Shown piece after piece: positions 1 to 9,048 of a stretch of 64,000 nucleotides of DNA. The notes beneath the pieces are model-generated. The model worked only from the letters and a program-made list of their open reading frames with translations, had not been told where the DNA came from and searched no databases. The position numbers were made by a program, and so were the translations under genes. The stretch lies in NCBI GenBank assembly GCA_937952265.1, contig CALFYW010000016.1, positions 13,086-77,085 of the forward strand, written 5' to 3'. Source of the stretch: an uncultured bacterium. Its GTDB lineage: Bacteria; Patescibacteriota; Minisyncoccia; Phycocordibacterales; GCA-2401445. Within the stretch, counting starts at the first letter, position 1. Every line of letters begins with the position of its first letter.

Positions 1-665
1 GTATCAAATGGGTATTAGGAAGCGCGCTTACGATGCCTTCTGTCCAGAAACATAAAGACTTAAAGATATTGTTAGAGCGCGCGCATAATACCCTTCGAGC
101 TATTATGAATATCACCAACCAACTCTTGAGCGCAATTCAAATATCTGCAAGTGAATTTGCTGAACAACGCGAAAATCTCGATATCGAATCAATGGCTCGT
201 GAATTGATCACGGAAAACAAACTCCTTGCGCAGAGTCGAGATGTTGACCTCATCTTATGCAAAAAGAAAAATATCATTCCAAGTATCAAAGGGAATCGCG
301 AACAAGTTCGACTTATTCTCCAGAACCTTGTTGCAAATGCAATATATTACAGCCCATCGAATCAAAAAATAGAGATCGTGCTTGATCATGAAGATGCGTT
401 TGTATACGCCCATGTTATTGACCACGGAATTGGTATTCCTGATGAAGAAAAACACCTGGTATTTGAGCGATTCTTCCGAGGCAGCAACGCAACTCGTGTG
501 CGGACTGAAGGATCAGGCCTCGGGCTCAATCTTGCCAAAAATATCGCGCTCCATCATGGCGGAGATATTACTTTCAAGAGTAAACCTGATGAAGAGACCG
601 CATTCACAGTCTCTTTCCCAATACCGCGTGAAGGAGAACTTGAAACATTTATCGCACCCAAATAG
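1..665 (+). CDS. Sensor histidine kinase, C-terminal part (HATPase_c); 5' end lies outside the window
   Basis: Reading frame is open to the window edge. N/G1/G2-like motifs present: NLVANAIYYS, HGIGIPDEE, GSGLGLNLAKNIALHHGGDI. Confidence 0.75.
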   Translation, partial: IKWVLGSALTMPSVQKHKDLKILLERAHNTLRAIMNITNQLLSAIQISASEFAEQRENLDIESMARELITENKLLAQSRDVDLILCKKKNIIPSIKGNREQVRLILQNLVANAIYYSPSNQKIEIVLDHEDAFVYAHVIDHGIGIPDEEKHLVFERFFRGSNATRVRTEGSGLGLNLAKNIALHHGGDITFKSKPDEETAFTVSFPIPREGELETFIAPK

Positions 666-670
666 CTATC

Positions 671-1384
671 ATGGTTTTTAGTATTTCAAGTATTATTATG
701 GCAGTCAGCGCCTTTATGGTAATGTTTTTCTCCTATACCAGATATGAAATTTTCCAACGAAATAGATCAAATAAAATTACCTTCTTTTTTTGGTGTGCCT
801 CATCCGCTTTTAGTCTCGCCTTGCTACTCTACGCCCTATCTGGTGTACTTCTAACAACGGATACCTCTCTACTTTCCTCTTTCATCGTAAGCATCGCACT
901 TATCATTACTTCGATCGGTATTGGGTTCTTTCTCATGATTCCGTTTTATAGCTGGGGATCAGCGTATTTCTTCGTTTTCGCCAAATATAGTATCTATCTC
1001 TTTTTGCTTTCCCATATTGGCTTCCTCCTTATTTACCCCCCTGCACCATACACTGATCTCTTCGGAATCACTCATTGGGGTATCCATGCATATCTAAAAT
1101 GGATACTGGGCACTTTCTATCTTTTACCCTTCGTATTTAATATCGTTCTATTAGTGAAATTTTTACTACACGCTCCAAAGAAATTCCAAAAAAACACCAG
1201 TACCCTTATTATTGCGTTCTTATTAACAGGAATTGGTGGGAGTTACCAATACATTGGAGATGACACTACGCTACTCACTGCTTCGCTACTCACCATACTT
1301 CTTGGTAGTATCATACTTCTTTACAACACTTTCATAACGCGCTCGTACATGAAAGAGAAAGATTTTATGGCACACCATGGGTAA
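671..1384 (+). CDS. Polytopic membrane protein, hypothetical
   Basis: 237-aa ORF with at least six hydrophobic helices. Starts 5 nt after the kinase stop. Confidence 0.45.
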   Translation: MVFSISSIIMAVSAFMVMFFSYTRYEIFQRNRSNKITFFFWCASSAFSLALLLYALSGVLLTTDTSLLSSFIVSIALIITSIGIGFFLMIPFYSWGSAYFFVFAKYSIYLFLLSHIGFLLIYPPAPYTDLFGITHWGIHAYLKWILGTFYLLPFVFNIVLLVKFLLHAPKKFQKNTSTLIIAFLLTGIGGSYQYIGDDTTLLTASLLTILLGSIILLYNTFITRSYMKEKDFMAHHG

Positions 1385-1740
1385 GATTAAAAAATCATGT
1401 TATATACAAGCAATCAACAGCATATCCACGAAAAATGAGAAAAAATAGATTGACAAAAGCAACTATTATGCAAGAATTAAACTAACGATTATCCATTCTT
1501 TTGAGAGGGTTCCGAACAAATAATTTATTCTCATTATGGGTTCATATAGCATGTATCCGAGGATACATGCTGCGAACACCACATTTGCGAGACATGCGGA
1601 TCCATTCTCTCTTAATGAAGAGGAGTGATCGGGGTCAGAAAATCTCTGTGTGGAAAACACGGAGATTTTCTTAATTTAAGAATTTGCTTTTTTAATAATT
1701 CTCATGTAGGCTCTTCATTAGAAAACAAAGGAGGTGCAAC

Positions 1741-2067
1741 ATGGATTCGAGCGAGACCAAACCCCTTCTCAATAACATAGAGAAATACTACCAAGGGCAG
1801 AATATCGATACGGACATTCTTTGTGATCTCATTTCCTTGTTCACAGAGCTGGTACGAAATAATGATGACTTTAGTCTTTCTCTCCCCCAATTGAAAAGAC
1901 CTCGGTCATCGGCACAGCTCTTTCTCATCACTCATCGGATGATCATTAGAGTAATAGAAGATGATAACGAATGTTTAATCTTTATTACGGATAATTTAAT
2001 TCCGTATTTCCTCACACGGATCGCGGAGAAAATCAAATCCGACACACCGATTAAATGTGTCGGTTAG
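1741..2067 (+). CDS. Hypothetical protein
   Basis: 108-aa ORF preceded by AAGGAGG 8 nt upstream of the ATG and followed by an intrinsic terminator. Confidence 0.45.
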   Translation: MDSSETKPLLNNIEKYYQGQNIDTDILCDLISLFTELVRNNDDFSLSLPQLKRPRSSAQLFLITHRMIIRVIEDDNECLIFITDNLIPYFLTRIAEKIKSDTPIKCVG

Positions 2068-2073
2068 CATGAG

Positions 2074-2101
2074 CAAGCGGCCTTATGGCCGCTCTTTTTT
2101 C
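2074..2101 (+). terminator. Rho-independent terminator
   Basis: Hairpin agcggcc-ttat-ggccgct followed by TTTTTT. Confidence 0.6.
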
Positions 2102-3289
2102 TTATTTCTCAATCCCCATATCGAGAATGAGACCGCCCCAGGTAAACTGCTTTGCACCAAGACCTGTTCCATTATGCGGATTAAAATTTTCTCGAAATCC
2201 TGATTTCTCAATCAACGCAAGCGATTTTTGAGCAAGCTCTTTCGCGATATCATTAAAGCCATACTTCCGGAGACCGTGGTATACAAACCAATTAGAAGCA
2301 AACCACGTAGGGCCTCGCCAGAACCCGTGTGGATTAAAAGATGGCTCATCTAAAGACACCGTTGGGATTGGGTATGTTGTCCAAAACTCTTTTTCATTCA
2401 ACAGGTGTTCCTCAACAAGACGCCGGGCATCTTCTTTCTCACATATTTCCCCAAAGAGCGGTGCGAAGATAGCCCATGTCTTTACTTTGATACTTCGATA
2501 GTCTTCTCCAAAGGTGGACCAAAAAATTCCATCTTGAAACATGAGTTTCCGCATTGACTCAATAATTTCCTCTCGGGCTCGATTAAAATAATTAGCATCA
2601 TACGCGCGACCTAACTTGTCTGCGATGTGGGCAAGTGCGGCCAAATTTTCAACCATAATTGAGTTAAAAGGAACATCTTTAACCCAAAAAAAGTTTTTCA
2701 TGCAGAAAGGCGCATCAAAATTACATTTCTTATTTTCTTTAACCAGCGCTAAGCGTTTTTCCAGATTTTCCTCTAGAGAATGTACTGGTGGAAGATTAAG
2801 AAGATGATCAAACCGAGGTGAGTCGTCTTCTCCTGATTCATCAGGGTTAATGATTCCGATTAAATTCCGCTCATGTGGATCACGCTCATTGATCAAGTAT
2901 TTATAAAAATGAAACAAATTTCGATATACTTCTTCTAAAAATTTTTCATCCCCATCACATTCAAAGATACGTCGTACCGCGTAGGCAAGCATTGGAGGTT
3001 GAGTAATACTTGAGGTTCCTTCAGTACCCCAATCAAAATTAATCACATCCCCTTCCTCCCAATAAATAATATGGGGTATCATTCCATTATCAAACTGGCG
3101 GGCTAATAGTGAACGGATTTCTTTCTTTGCACTTTGGAGATCAAAATAAGAAAGAATGATTGCATGAAAACACGAATCCCATAGCCATTGATACGGGTAC
3201 GCGGTCGGAGATGGAACCGTATACTGATAGGTATCTGTAACGCGCCGATTTGCTTGGAAGATTTTTTCTACATCAGATTGGAATCCCAT
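2102..3289 (-). CDS. GH63-family glycoside hydrolase (mannosyl-/glucosylglycerate hydrolase-like)
   Basis: Motifs YPYQWLWDSCFHA and FNPHNGTG plus acidic residues typical of the (alpha/alpha)6 GH63 fold. Family recalled from memory. Confidence 0.55.
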   Translation of the reverse strand: MGFQSDVEKIFQANRRVTDTYQYTVPSPTAYPYQWLWDSCFHAIILSYFDLQSAKKEIRSLLARQFDNGMIPHIIYWEEGDVINFDWGTEGTSSITQPPMLAYAVRRIFECDGDEKFLEEVYRNLFHFYKYLINERDPHERNLIGIINPDESGEDDSPRFDHLLNLPPVHSLEENLEKRLALVKENKKCNFDAPFCMKNFFWVKDVPFNSIMVENLAALAHIADKLGRAYDANYFNRAREEIIESMRKLMFQDGIFWSTFGEDYRSIKVKTWAIFAPLFGEICEKEDARRLVEEHLLNEKEFWTTYPIPTVSLDEPSFNPHGFWRGPTWFASNWFVYHGLRKYGFNDIAKELAQKSLALIEKSGFRENFNPHNGTGLGAKQFTWGGLILDMGIEK

Positions 3290-3336
3290 ATTTTTCTATC
3301 TTACCATACCCTCTTAATGGACCAATCTTTAAAAAC

Positions 3337-3360
3337 AAAACCCCGCATACGCGGGGTTTT
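3337..3360. terminator. Hairpin terminator downstream of the DUF378 gene
   Basis: aaaaccccgc-atac-gcggggtttt. A U-tract follows on the minus strand. Confidence 0.55.
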
Positions 3361-3374
3361 GGAAGGACTATATC

Positions 3375-3605
3375 CTACATACCCATTCCTTGGGGCATAC
3401 CATTATCGCGCGTGCATGCTTTGCAAGTGCTTTTGTGGGTAAAAATCTCCACCACAGCTGCAAGACCAACAAGAATATAGATCACTTGTGCAACACCCCC
3501 TGGAAGCTTGGCAACAAGATTCCAGTCCATATTGATTCCATAAAGGAGCCAATTAAGACCTCCAATAATAAGGAGGATGAATGCAACTACATGTAAACCT
3601 TTCAT
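3375..3605 (-). CDS. DUF378-family small membrane protein
   Basis: GGLNWLLYGI motif and two TM helices; 76 aa. Confidence 0.65.
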   Translation of the reverse strand: MKGLHVVAFILLIIGGLNWLLYGINMDWNLVAKLPGGVAQVIYILVGLAAVVEIFTHKSTCKACTRDNGMPQGMGM

Positions 3606-3690
3606 AGGTTATGCAATCTAAAAATTTGTCTAATAAAAATCGACTTTTTATTGCATCTTTATCATATCGCCCATCAAGGAATGCGTCTAT

Positions 3691-4131
3691 ATGAGTAATA
3701 CACAGGTAGATTTTTCTATTACGATCGCTATAATAGTGGTTATTATGCATGTAATATATAAACACACTGGCCTTATTATCGGATTAATTATCTTTTGTTC
3801 AGTTGGGCTTATTATTTTTACGCAGATACAACCTGGAAAACTCGATGCATTCGCGCAATGTATTGCCGAAAGTGAAGCTCAATTCTATGGAGCATTCTGG
3901 TGTCAGCACTGCGAAAACCAAAAGGCTCTGTTTGGAAAATCAGAAAGACTGCTCCCTTATATTGAATGCTCTACTCCCGATGGCAATAACCAACTACCTC
4001 GATGCACCGATGCGGGTATTAGCGCGTATCCAACATGGCGTTTCAGTGATGGGAGTGAGTTCATCGAAGTACTCTCTCTCGAAGCATTGAGTGAAAAAAC
4101 GGGATGTCAAATCCCCAGTCCTGAAGCATAG
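3691..4131 (+). CDS. Membrane-anchored thioredoxin-like oxidoreductase (DsbA/VKOR-associated type)
   Basis: N-terminal TM segment followed by a WCQHC CxxC motif in a thioredoxin-like context. Confidence 0.55.
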   Translation: MSNTQVDFSITIAIIVVIMHVIYKHTGLIIGLIIFCSVGLIIFTQIQPGKLDAFAQCIAESEAQFYGAFWCQHCENQKALFGKSERLLPYIECSTPDGNNQLPRCTDAGISAYPTWRFSDGSEFIEVLSLEALSEKTGCQIPSPEA

Positions 4132-4133
4132 GT

Positions 4134-4694
4134 ATGATTGAACTCTCTCAAATTCTTGCCTCTTTTACACTTATTGCCATTGTTGGGCTCCTATGCTGGT
4201 TTGTTATGTTTTTCTTGGCAAGAATTACGGGAACCTATGATCAGTTCCAAGAATCAGCCCTCATGAGGTTTATTGGTCGCAATGGAGTACTCTTTGCCTT
4301 CATCGTGGCTCTTGGTGCAACCGTAATGAGTCTCTACTATTCTGAAATTCGTGGTTTTACTCCGTGCAAACTCTGCTGGATTCAGCGCATTTTTATCTAC
4401 CCTCAGGTAATTATTCTTGGTATTGCGCTATGGAAGGGAGAACGGCACGCGGTGCGTTTCTATAGTGGCGCTCTCGCCATCTTAGGAATCTGTGTTTCTC
4501 TATTCCATTATTATCTACAACAAGGAGGAACCCTTATCACAACCGACTGCTCTATTCTTGGGTCTGCTACGGAATCGTGTTCAAAAATCCTTATCCTTCA
4601 TTACGGCTTTATTACCTTCCCCTTAATGGCGTTAGTAGCCGGTATTCTTATATACGTATGTATGGCCTTTTTGAAGGAGACACCTCACTATTGA
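4134..4694 (+). CDS. dsbB: Disulfide bond formation protein B (DsbB/BdbC family)
   Basis: Four TM helices and a PCKLCWIQR motif typical of BdbC/DsbB. Adjacent to the Trx-like gene. Confidence 0.7.
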   Translation: MIELSQILASFTLIAIVGLLCWFVMFFLARITGTYDQFQESALMRFIGRNGVLFAFIVALGATVMSLYYSEIRGFTPCKLCWIQRIFIYPQVIILGIALWKGERHAVRFYSGALAILGICVSLFHYYLQQGGTLITTDCSILGSATESCSKILILHYGFITFPLMALVAGILIYVCMAFLKETPHY

Positions 4695-4697
4695 TCT

Positions 4698-5153
4698 ATG
4701 AGATCCTACCAATCATTACTTCAAAAAATAGACAGGGGTATTATCAGAATGAATGGAAACATTACATCTCTTCTGTCACGATGGGCTCTCTTTATTATCT
4801 TTTTCTGGTTCGGATTTCTTAAAGTAATATCAGTAAGTCCCGCGGACCCTTTGGTTGAGGCGCTTCTCAAAGAAACCCTTCCTTTTTCTTTTGAATACTT
4901 TATCGTTTTTCTAGGAATTTATGAAATGTGTATTGGTCTCCTCTTTGTTATTCCGCGATGTGAACGAATTGCTATTGCACTATTCATCCCACACATGATT
5001 ACCGCCTTCTTTCCACTTATACTACTTAAGGATATGACATGGGCGGGATCTTTTATTCCTACCCTTGAAGGTCAGTACATCATTAAAAATGGAGCCCTTA
5101 TCGCGCTCGTGGTAAGTGTCGCAAGCCGTCTTCGCCCATTATCAAAGTCATAA
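4698..5153 (+). CDS. DoxX-like membrane protein
   Basis: Four predicted TM helices with a DoxX-like topology. Weak assignment. Confidence 0.35.
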   Translation: MRSYQSLLQKIDRGIIRMNGNITSLLSRWALFIIFFWFGFLKVISVSPADPLVEALLKETLPFSFEYFIVFLGIYEMCIGLLFVIPRCERIAIALFIPHMITAFFPLILLKDMTWAGSFIPTLEGQYIIKNGALIALVVSVASRLRPLSKS

Positions 5154-5157
5154 AAAA

Positions 5158-5194
5158 AGAATCTGCGCTATTTTCTTTGAGCAGATTCTTTTAT
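5158..5194 (+). terminator. Putative intrinsic terminator
   Basis: agaatctgc ... gcagattct stem followed by TTTT. Confidence 0.45.
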
Positions 5195-5484
5195 GTTTCT
5201 AAAAAGATCTCTTGGTGGGTAAAGAGATAATCAATCAGTACGGAAATAGCTATCCAATCCGTTTCACTGCGAAAAGAGGGAGTTGATACCATGGTGCAAT
5301 GCAATAAATTTTTTATTTCATTTAAAATTTTTGGAAGATCCCTCAAGGAAACCATTGCTGTTTCTTTTTCAAAATCTTCAGTATGAGAATTTGGTGTTAC
5401 TAGCACCAAACCGCTTCGAACCGCTTGCGCAATTTGATCTCGGGTAAATGACATAGGGCAAATATAGTATTTTTCAAAAAACAT
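5191..5484 (-). CDS. Hypothetical protein
   Basis: 97-aa ORF with no recognisable motifs. Confidence 0.25.
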   Translation of the reverse strand: MFFEKYYICPMSFTRDQIAQAVRSGLVLVTPNSHTEDFEKETAMVSLRDLPKILNEIKNLLHCTMVSTPSFRSETDWIAISVLIDYLFTHQEIFLET

Positions 5485-5561
5485 TTCTCTTACATTGATA
5501 ACTATTGATTTCTGATCAAGAGTTAATTCTTTCTTTAGAATACTCCATTTACACTCAAATG

Positions 5562-5591
5562 AAAACCACCCCTTTCGAAGGGGTGGTTTTC
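5562..5591 (-). terminator. Hairpin downstream of the RRM gene
   Basis: gaaaaccacccc-tttcgaa-ggggtggttttc; perfect 12-bp stem. Confidence 0.45.
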
Positions 5592-5620
5592 TTATTAAAA
5601 ATAAGTAGTGTTACTTATTT

Positions 5621-5893
5621 TTAATAGCTATTTGACGGTTTTCGCTCACTCATCGGTCGAGCTTCGCTTACAGAGATTGAACGTCCTTCAAAATCAGTTC
5701 CGTTTAATGTTTCAACAGCGCGGTCTGCGTCTGCATCATTTGCCATTTCGACAAAACCGAATCCTCGAGAACGACCAGTAACACGATCGGTAATAATATT
5801 TACAGAGGCTACTTCGCCTACTTTTGTAAATACTTCCCGAAGCGCATCCTCAGTAGAACTATAAGGGATTCCGCCAATATAAAGCTTCTTTGC
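5621..5893 (-). CDS. RRM-type RNA-binding protein
   Basis: RNP2 motif LYIGGIP and RNP1 motif RGFGFVEM. Start set at MAKKLY. Confidence 0.75.
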   Translation of the reverse strand, partial: AKKLYIGGIPYSSTEDALREVFTKVGEVASVNIITDRVTGRSRGFGFVEMANDADADRAVETLNGTDFEGRSISVSEARPMSERKPSNSY

Positions 5894-6081
5894 CATGTAT
5901 AATTTCAAAAAGCTACTTGATATACGTAGTGCGACCTTCTCACCGATAATCGCACGACACAAGGCACTGCCTGGAAGGGAATCTCGTTGAGACTAACTAC
6001 ACCTAGTAGTATACCCCATTATTATTAAAAAAGCAAGTCTTCAAAATACGGCTTGTTCATTAGGCCTAGCTTCGATACAAT

Positions 6082-7407
6082 ATGCGTATGTTTGAGAAGC
6101 TGCGCCATATTGCTACTGATCCTTATCGTGGTGTGCGTGATTTCTATCCCGAAGACCAGGCAGTACATAACTATCTGCTTCACACCATGCGGACCAGTAT
6201 GGAGCGTTTTGGATACGAAGAGTATCATGCTTCAATTTTGGAACCAGCAGAACTCTATCGAGCGAAGACGAGTGAGGAGATCGTGAGCGAACAGACCTAT
6301 ACCTTTACTGACCGGGGCAACAGAGAGGTTACCCTGCGTCCTGAAATGACGCCCACCACCGCACGAATGGTTTCCGCCCGAAGAAGAGACCTCGCATTTC
6401 CCCTTCGATGGTTTTCAGTTGCAAACGTATTCCGATATGAACGGCCTCAGCGCGGACGTCTTCGAGAACACTGGCAACTCAACGCTGATTTTTTCGGACT
6501 TGAAGGGATACACGCAGAAACCGAAATTATCCATACCGCATCCTCAATACTTAATACATTAGGTCTTAAAGAAACTGACTTCTCAATACAAATCAATAAT
6601 CGTGCTATTCTCCGAGAACTCCTTATCGAAGGTATGGGAATATCAGAAGCATCTTTCTCAACCATCACACGTATTCTGGATAAAAGAGAAAAAGTCCATC
6701 CTCAAAATTTCAAGGCGGCTATTTTTGATGCTTTTGGAAAAGAGACCGCTCAAGCTGAACGATTCCTTTCTTTTCTTGATACGAAAGATCTTCATGGAAT
6801 TATTGCTACATTTTCAAACCATGAAGCACTAAAAGAGAAGTTGCGGGATACCGAGGAGCTTATTCACAACCTTTCACAGAAAGGGGTTACGAACGTGAAT
6901 TTTAATCGAGGACTTGCGCGTGGTTTTGACTACTATACGGGTATGATTTTTGAGATTTTTGATACTGATACAAAAAACAACCGGTCTCTTGCTGGGGGTG
7001 GCCGTTACGATAACCTCATTAAAACATTCAGCGGGCATGATATTCCTGCCGTTGGATTTGGTATGGGAGACGTTACTATAGCCCAAGCACTTGAATCACG
7101 GGGGCTTTTACCTCCTTATACCTCACAAACCACCCTTTATCTCTGTATCGCCCAAACTGGGGCATTGCCTTACGCAGAGAAGGTTGCAGCGATGTTGCGA
7201 GACGCGCATATTAATACCGCAATTGACTTCACCGGAAAGAAAATTGGTGACCAGATACGTTACGCGGTTCGACACCATATTCCATATATCGCCTGTATTG
7301 GAGACCAGGAAGTTTCTTCAAAAAAGATAGTAGTGAAAAACCTCAAAGAAGAATCCGAGAAAACAGTCCCTGAAGACGAACTCATTACGTATTTAACACA
7401 TGAATGA
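6082..7407 (+). CDS. hisS: Histidyl-tRNA synthetase
   Basis: Class II aaRS motifs; N-terminus and the GGGRYD motif typical of HisRS. Confidence 0.9.
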   Translation: MRMFEKLRHIATDPYRGVRDFYPEDQAVHNYLLHTMRTSMERFGYEEYHASILEPAELYRAKTSEEIVSEQTYTFTDRGNREVTLRPEMTPTTARMVSARRRDLAFPLRWFSVANVFRYERPQRGRLREHWQLNADFFGLEGIHAETEIIHTASSILNTLGLKETDFSIQINNRAILRELLIEGMGISEASFSTITRILDKREKVHPQNFKAAIFDAFGKETAQAERFLSFLDTKDLHGIIATFSNHEALKEKLRDTEELIHNLSQKGVTNVNFNRGLARGFDYYTGMIFEIFDTDTKNNRSLAGGGRYDNLIKTFSGHDIPAVGFGMGDVTIAQALESRGLLPPYTSQTTLYLCIAQTGALPYAEKVAAMLRDAHINTAIDFTGKKIGDQIRYAVRHHIPYIACIGDQEVSSKKIVVKNLKEESEKTVPEDELITYLTHE

Positions 7408-7988
7408 TTATGCGGAAAATTACTTTTGATATTGAAACGAGTAATCAATTTTCAGATGTCGGTAGCTCAGATCCCGCAGACCTCGACCTTTCAATTATTT
7501 GTATTCATGATTCTCTTGGTGACGAGTTTAAAAGCTTTACCCAGGAAGAGCTTTCAAACCTTTGGCCAATCATTGAAAAAGCGGATATGCTGATTGGGTT
7601 TAATTCCGATCATTTTGATATTCCGCTTCTCAATAAATATTACGCGGGAGATCTTTCACGCATCAAAAGCCTCGACCTACTCAAAGAAGTGAAAAAATCT
7701 CTCGGACGACGAATTAAACTCGACACCCTTGCGCAGGGAACTTTAGGAAAAAAGAAAATCGGTAATGGTTTAGAGGCCCTAACGTGGTGGAAAAATGGCG
7801 AAGTGGAAAAAGTAAAAAAGTACTGTATTGAGGATGTTCGTATCACGAAAGAACTCTATGAATACGCCAAAAAAAATGGTTCCCTAAAATACCCGGATAT
7901 GGGAACGATCAAGGAAATACCCATTGATAGTAGCTCGTGGGAAAAGAAAGACACCTCGGGCGTACTCACATACACACTACCGTTTTAA
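7404..7988 (+). CDS. RNase H-like 3'-5' exonuclease (PolB-exonuclease-like, PF13482-like)
   Basis: ExoI FDIETS, ExoII FNSDHFDIPLL and ExoIII YCIEDV motifs. Start may be M3 at 7410. Confidence 0.5.
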   Translation: MIMRKITFDIETSNQFSDVGSSDPADLDLSIICIHDSLGDEFKSFTQEELSNLWPIIEKADMLIGFNSDHFDIPLLNKYYAGDLSRIKSLDLLKEVKKSLGRRIKLDTLAQGTLGKKKIGNGLEALTWWKNGEVEKVKKYCIEDVRITKELYEYAKKNGSLKYPDMGTIKEIPIDSSSWEKKDTSGVLTYTLPF

Positions 7989-7990
7989 GC

Positions 7991-9046
7991 CTAAATCCCC
8001 TCCTTGCGCAATTTTTCAATAAGCTCGCGCGCTTGTTTTGAGGTCTTGCGTGGTAGTTCAATGGAAACCGTAATCAAAAGATCACCTCGTTTTCCATGTT
8101 CATAAGGAACACCCTTACCACGGACACGCAATATCTCATCAAAGGAAACTCCTGCTGGTATCTTCACCTCAATAGTTTTTCCTTCAAGAGTTTCAACTAA
8201 ATAGACTCCCCCGAGTAGCGCGTCCGTAAGCTTAACCTTTAAATCCAGAAGTAGATTTGTGCCTTCTTTTTTGAAAGCACGATGAGGTTTAACTTGGACC
8301 TTAATGTATAAATCTCCCGAAACACCACCAGCAATAGCTTCGCCACTACCAGAGAGACGTATCATTTCTCCATTTTCGATACCTGATGGAATCTTAACAC
8401 GAATTTCTTCTTCACGACGATAGACTCCTGCTCCTTTACAAGTCGCGCATTTTTCTTTAGGAGTCTTACCGCTCCCGCGACAAAGTTCACAGACGCGCTC
8501 AGTGCTTAAGGTTCCAAAAATTGAACGTCTTGTTTCATGGATGCGCCCTTTCCCATTACATCGGGTACACGTCGTGAACTCTGCCCCTTTTTTAGCCCCA
8601 CTTCCCTCACACACCTCACATTGAGCTGTTTTAGCAAGAAGGATCTTTCGTTCAACTCCAAATACCGCTTCTTCAAAGGTAAGCTCAATACCAATTGAAA
8701 TATCACGACCTCGTTTTGTACGAGCACGAGCTCCACCAAAAAAATCACTAAAGATATCTCCGAGGTCAAAATCTTCTGCGGAAAACTGGGAAAAATCAAA
8801 CCCACCGAATCCTCCACCTGAAGGACCCGAACCTCCCCCAAAGACGCGACCATACGAGTCATACTCTGCGCGTTTTTTCTCGTCGGACAAGATGCTATAC
8901 GCCTCACTCACCTCTTTAAATTTCAACGGATCACCACCTTTTTTATCAGGGTGATATTTGTGGGCAAGTTTTCGAAATGCTTTCTTTATCTCATCTTTAG
9001 TCGCATTCTTCTCTATTCCTAAGATTTCGTAATAACTTTTATTCAT
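7991..9046 (-). CDS. dnaJ: Chaperone DnaJ
   Basis: J-domain with HPD motif, Gly-rich linker, four CxxCxGxG repeats. Confidence 0.92.
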   Translation of the reverse strand: MNKSYYEILGIEKNATKDEIKKAFRKLAHKYHPDKKGGDPLKFKEVSEAYSILSDEKKRAEYDSYGRVFGGGSGPSGGGFGGFDFSQFSAEDFDLGDIFSDFFGGARARTKRGRDISIGIELTFEEAVFGVERKILLAKTAQCEVCEGSGAKKGAEFTTCTRCNGKGRIHETRRSIFGTLSTERVCELCRGSGKTPKEKCATCKGAGVYRREEEIRVKIPSGIENGEMIRLSGSGEAIAGGVSGDLYIKVQVKPHRAFKKEGTNLLLDLKVKLTDALLGGVYLVETLEGKTIEVKIPAGVSFDEILRVRGKGVPYEHGKRGDLLITVSIELPRKTSKQARELIEKLRKEGI

Positions 9047-9048
9047 AG

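Noticed and set aside
1466-1660. 64-aa minus-strand ORF in the 1385-1740 intergenic region
   Set aside because: It lies across two strong hairpins and has no RBS; more likely non-coding structured RNA or a terminator region.
8506-8907. 133-aa ORF antisense within dnaJ, and the many similar 60-190-aa ORFs antisense to dnaK, leuS, uvrA, uvrB, tgt and the ribosomal genes
   Set aside because: They are fully embedded in strongly supported genes on the opposite strand and typical of antisense frames (Ser/Arg/Leu-rich, no motifs).
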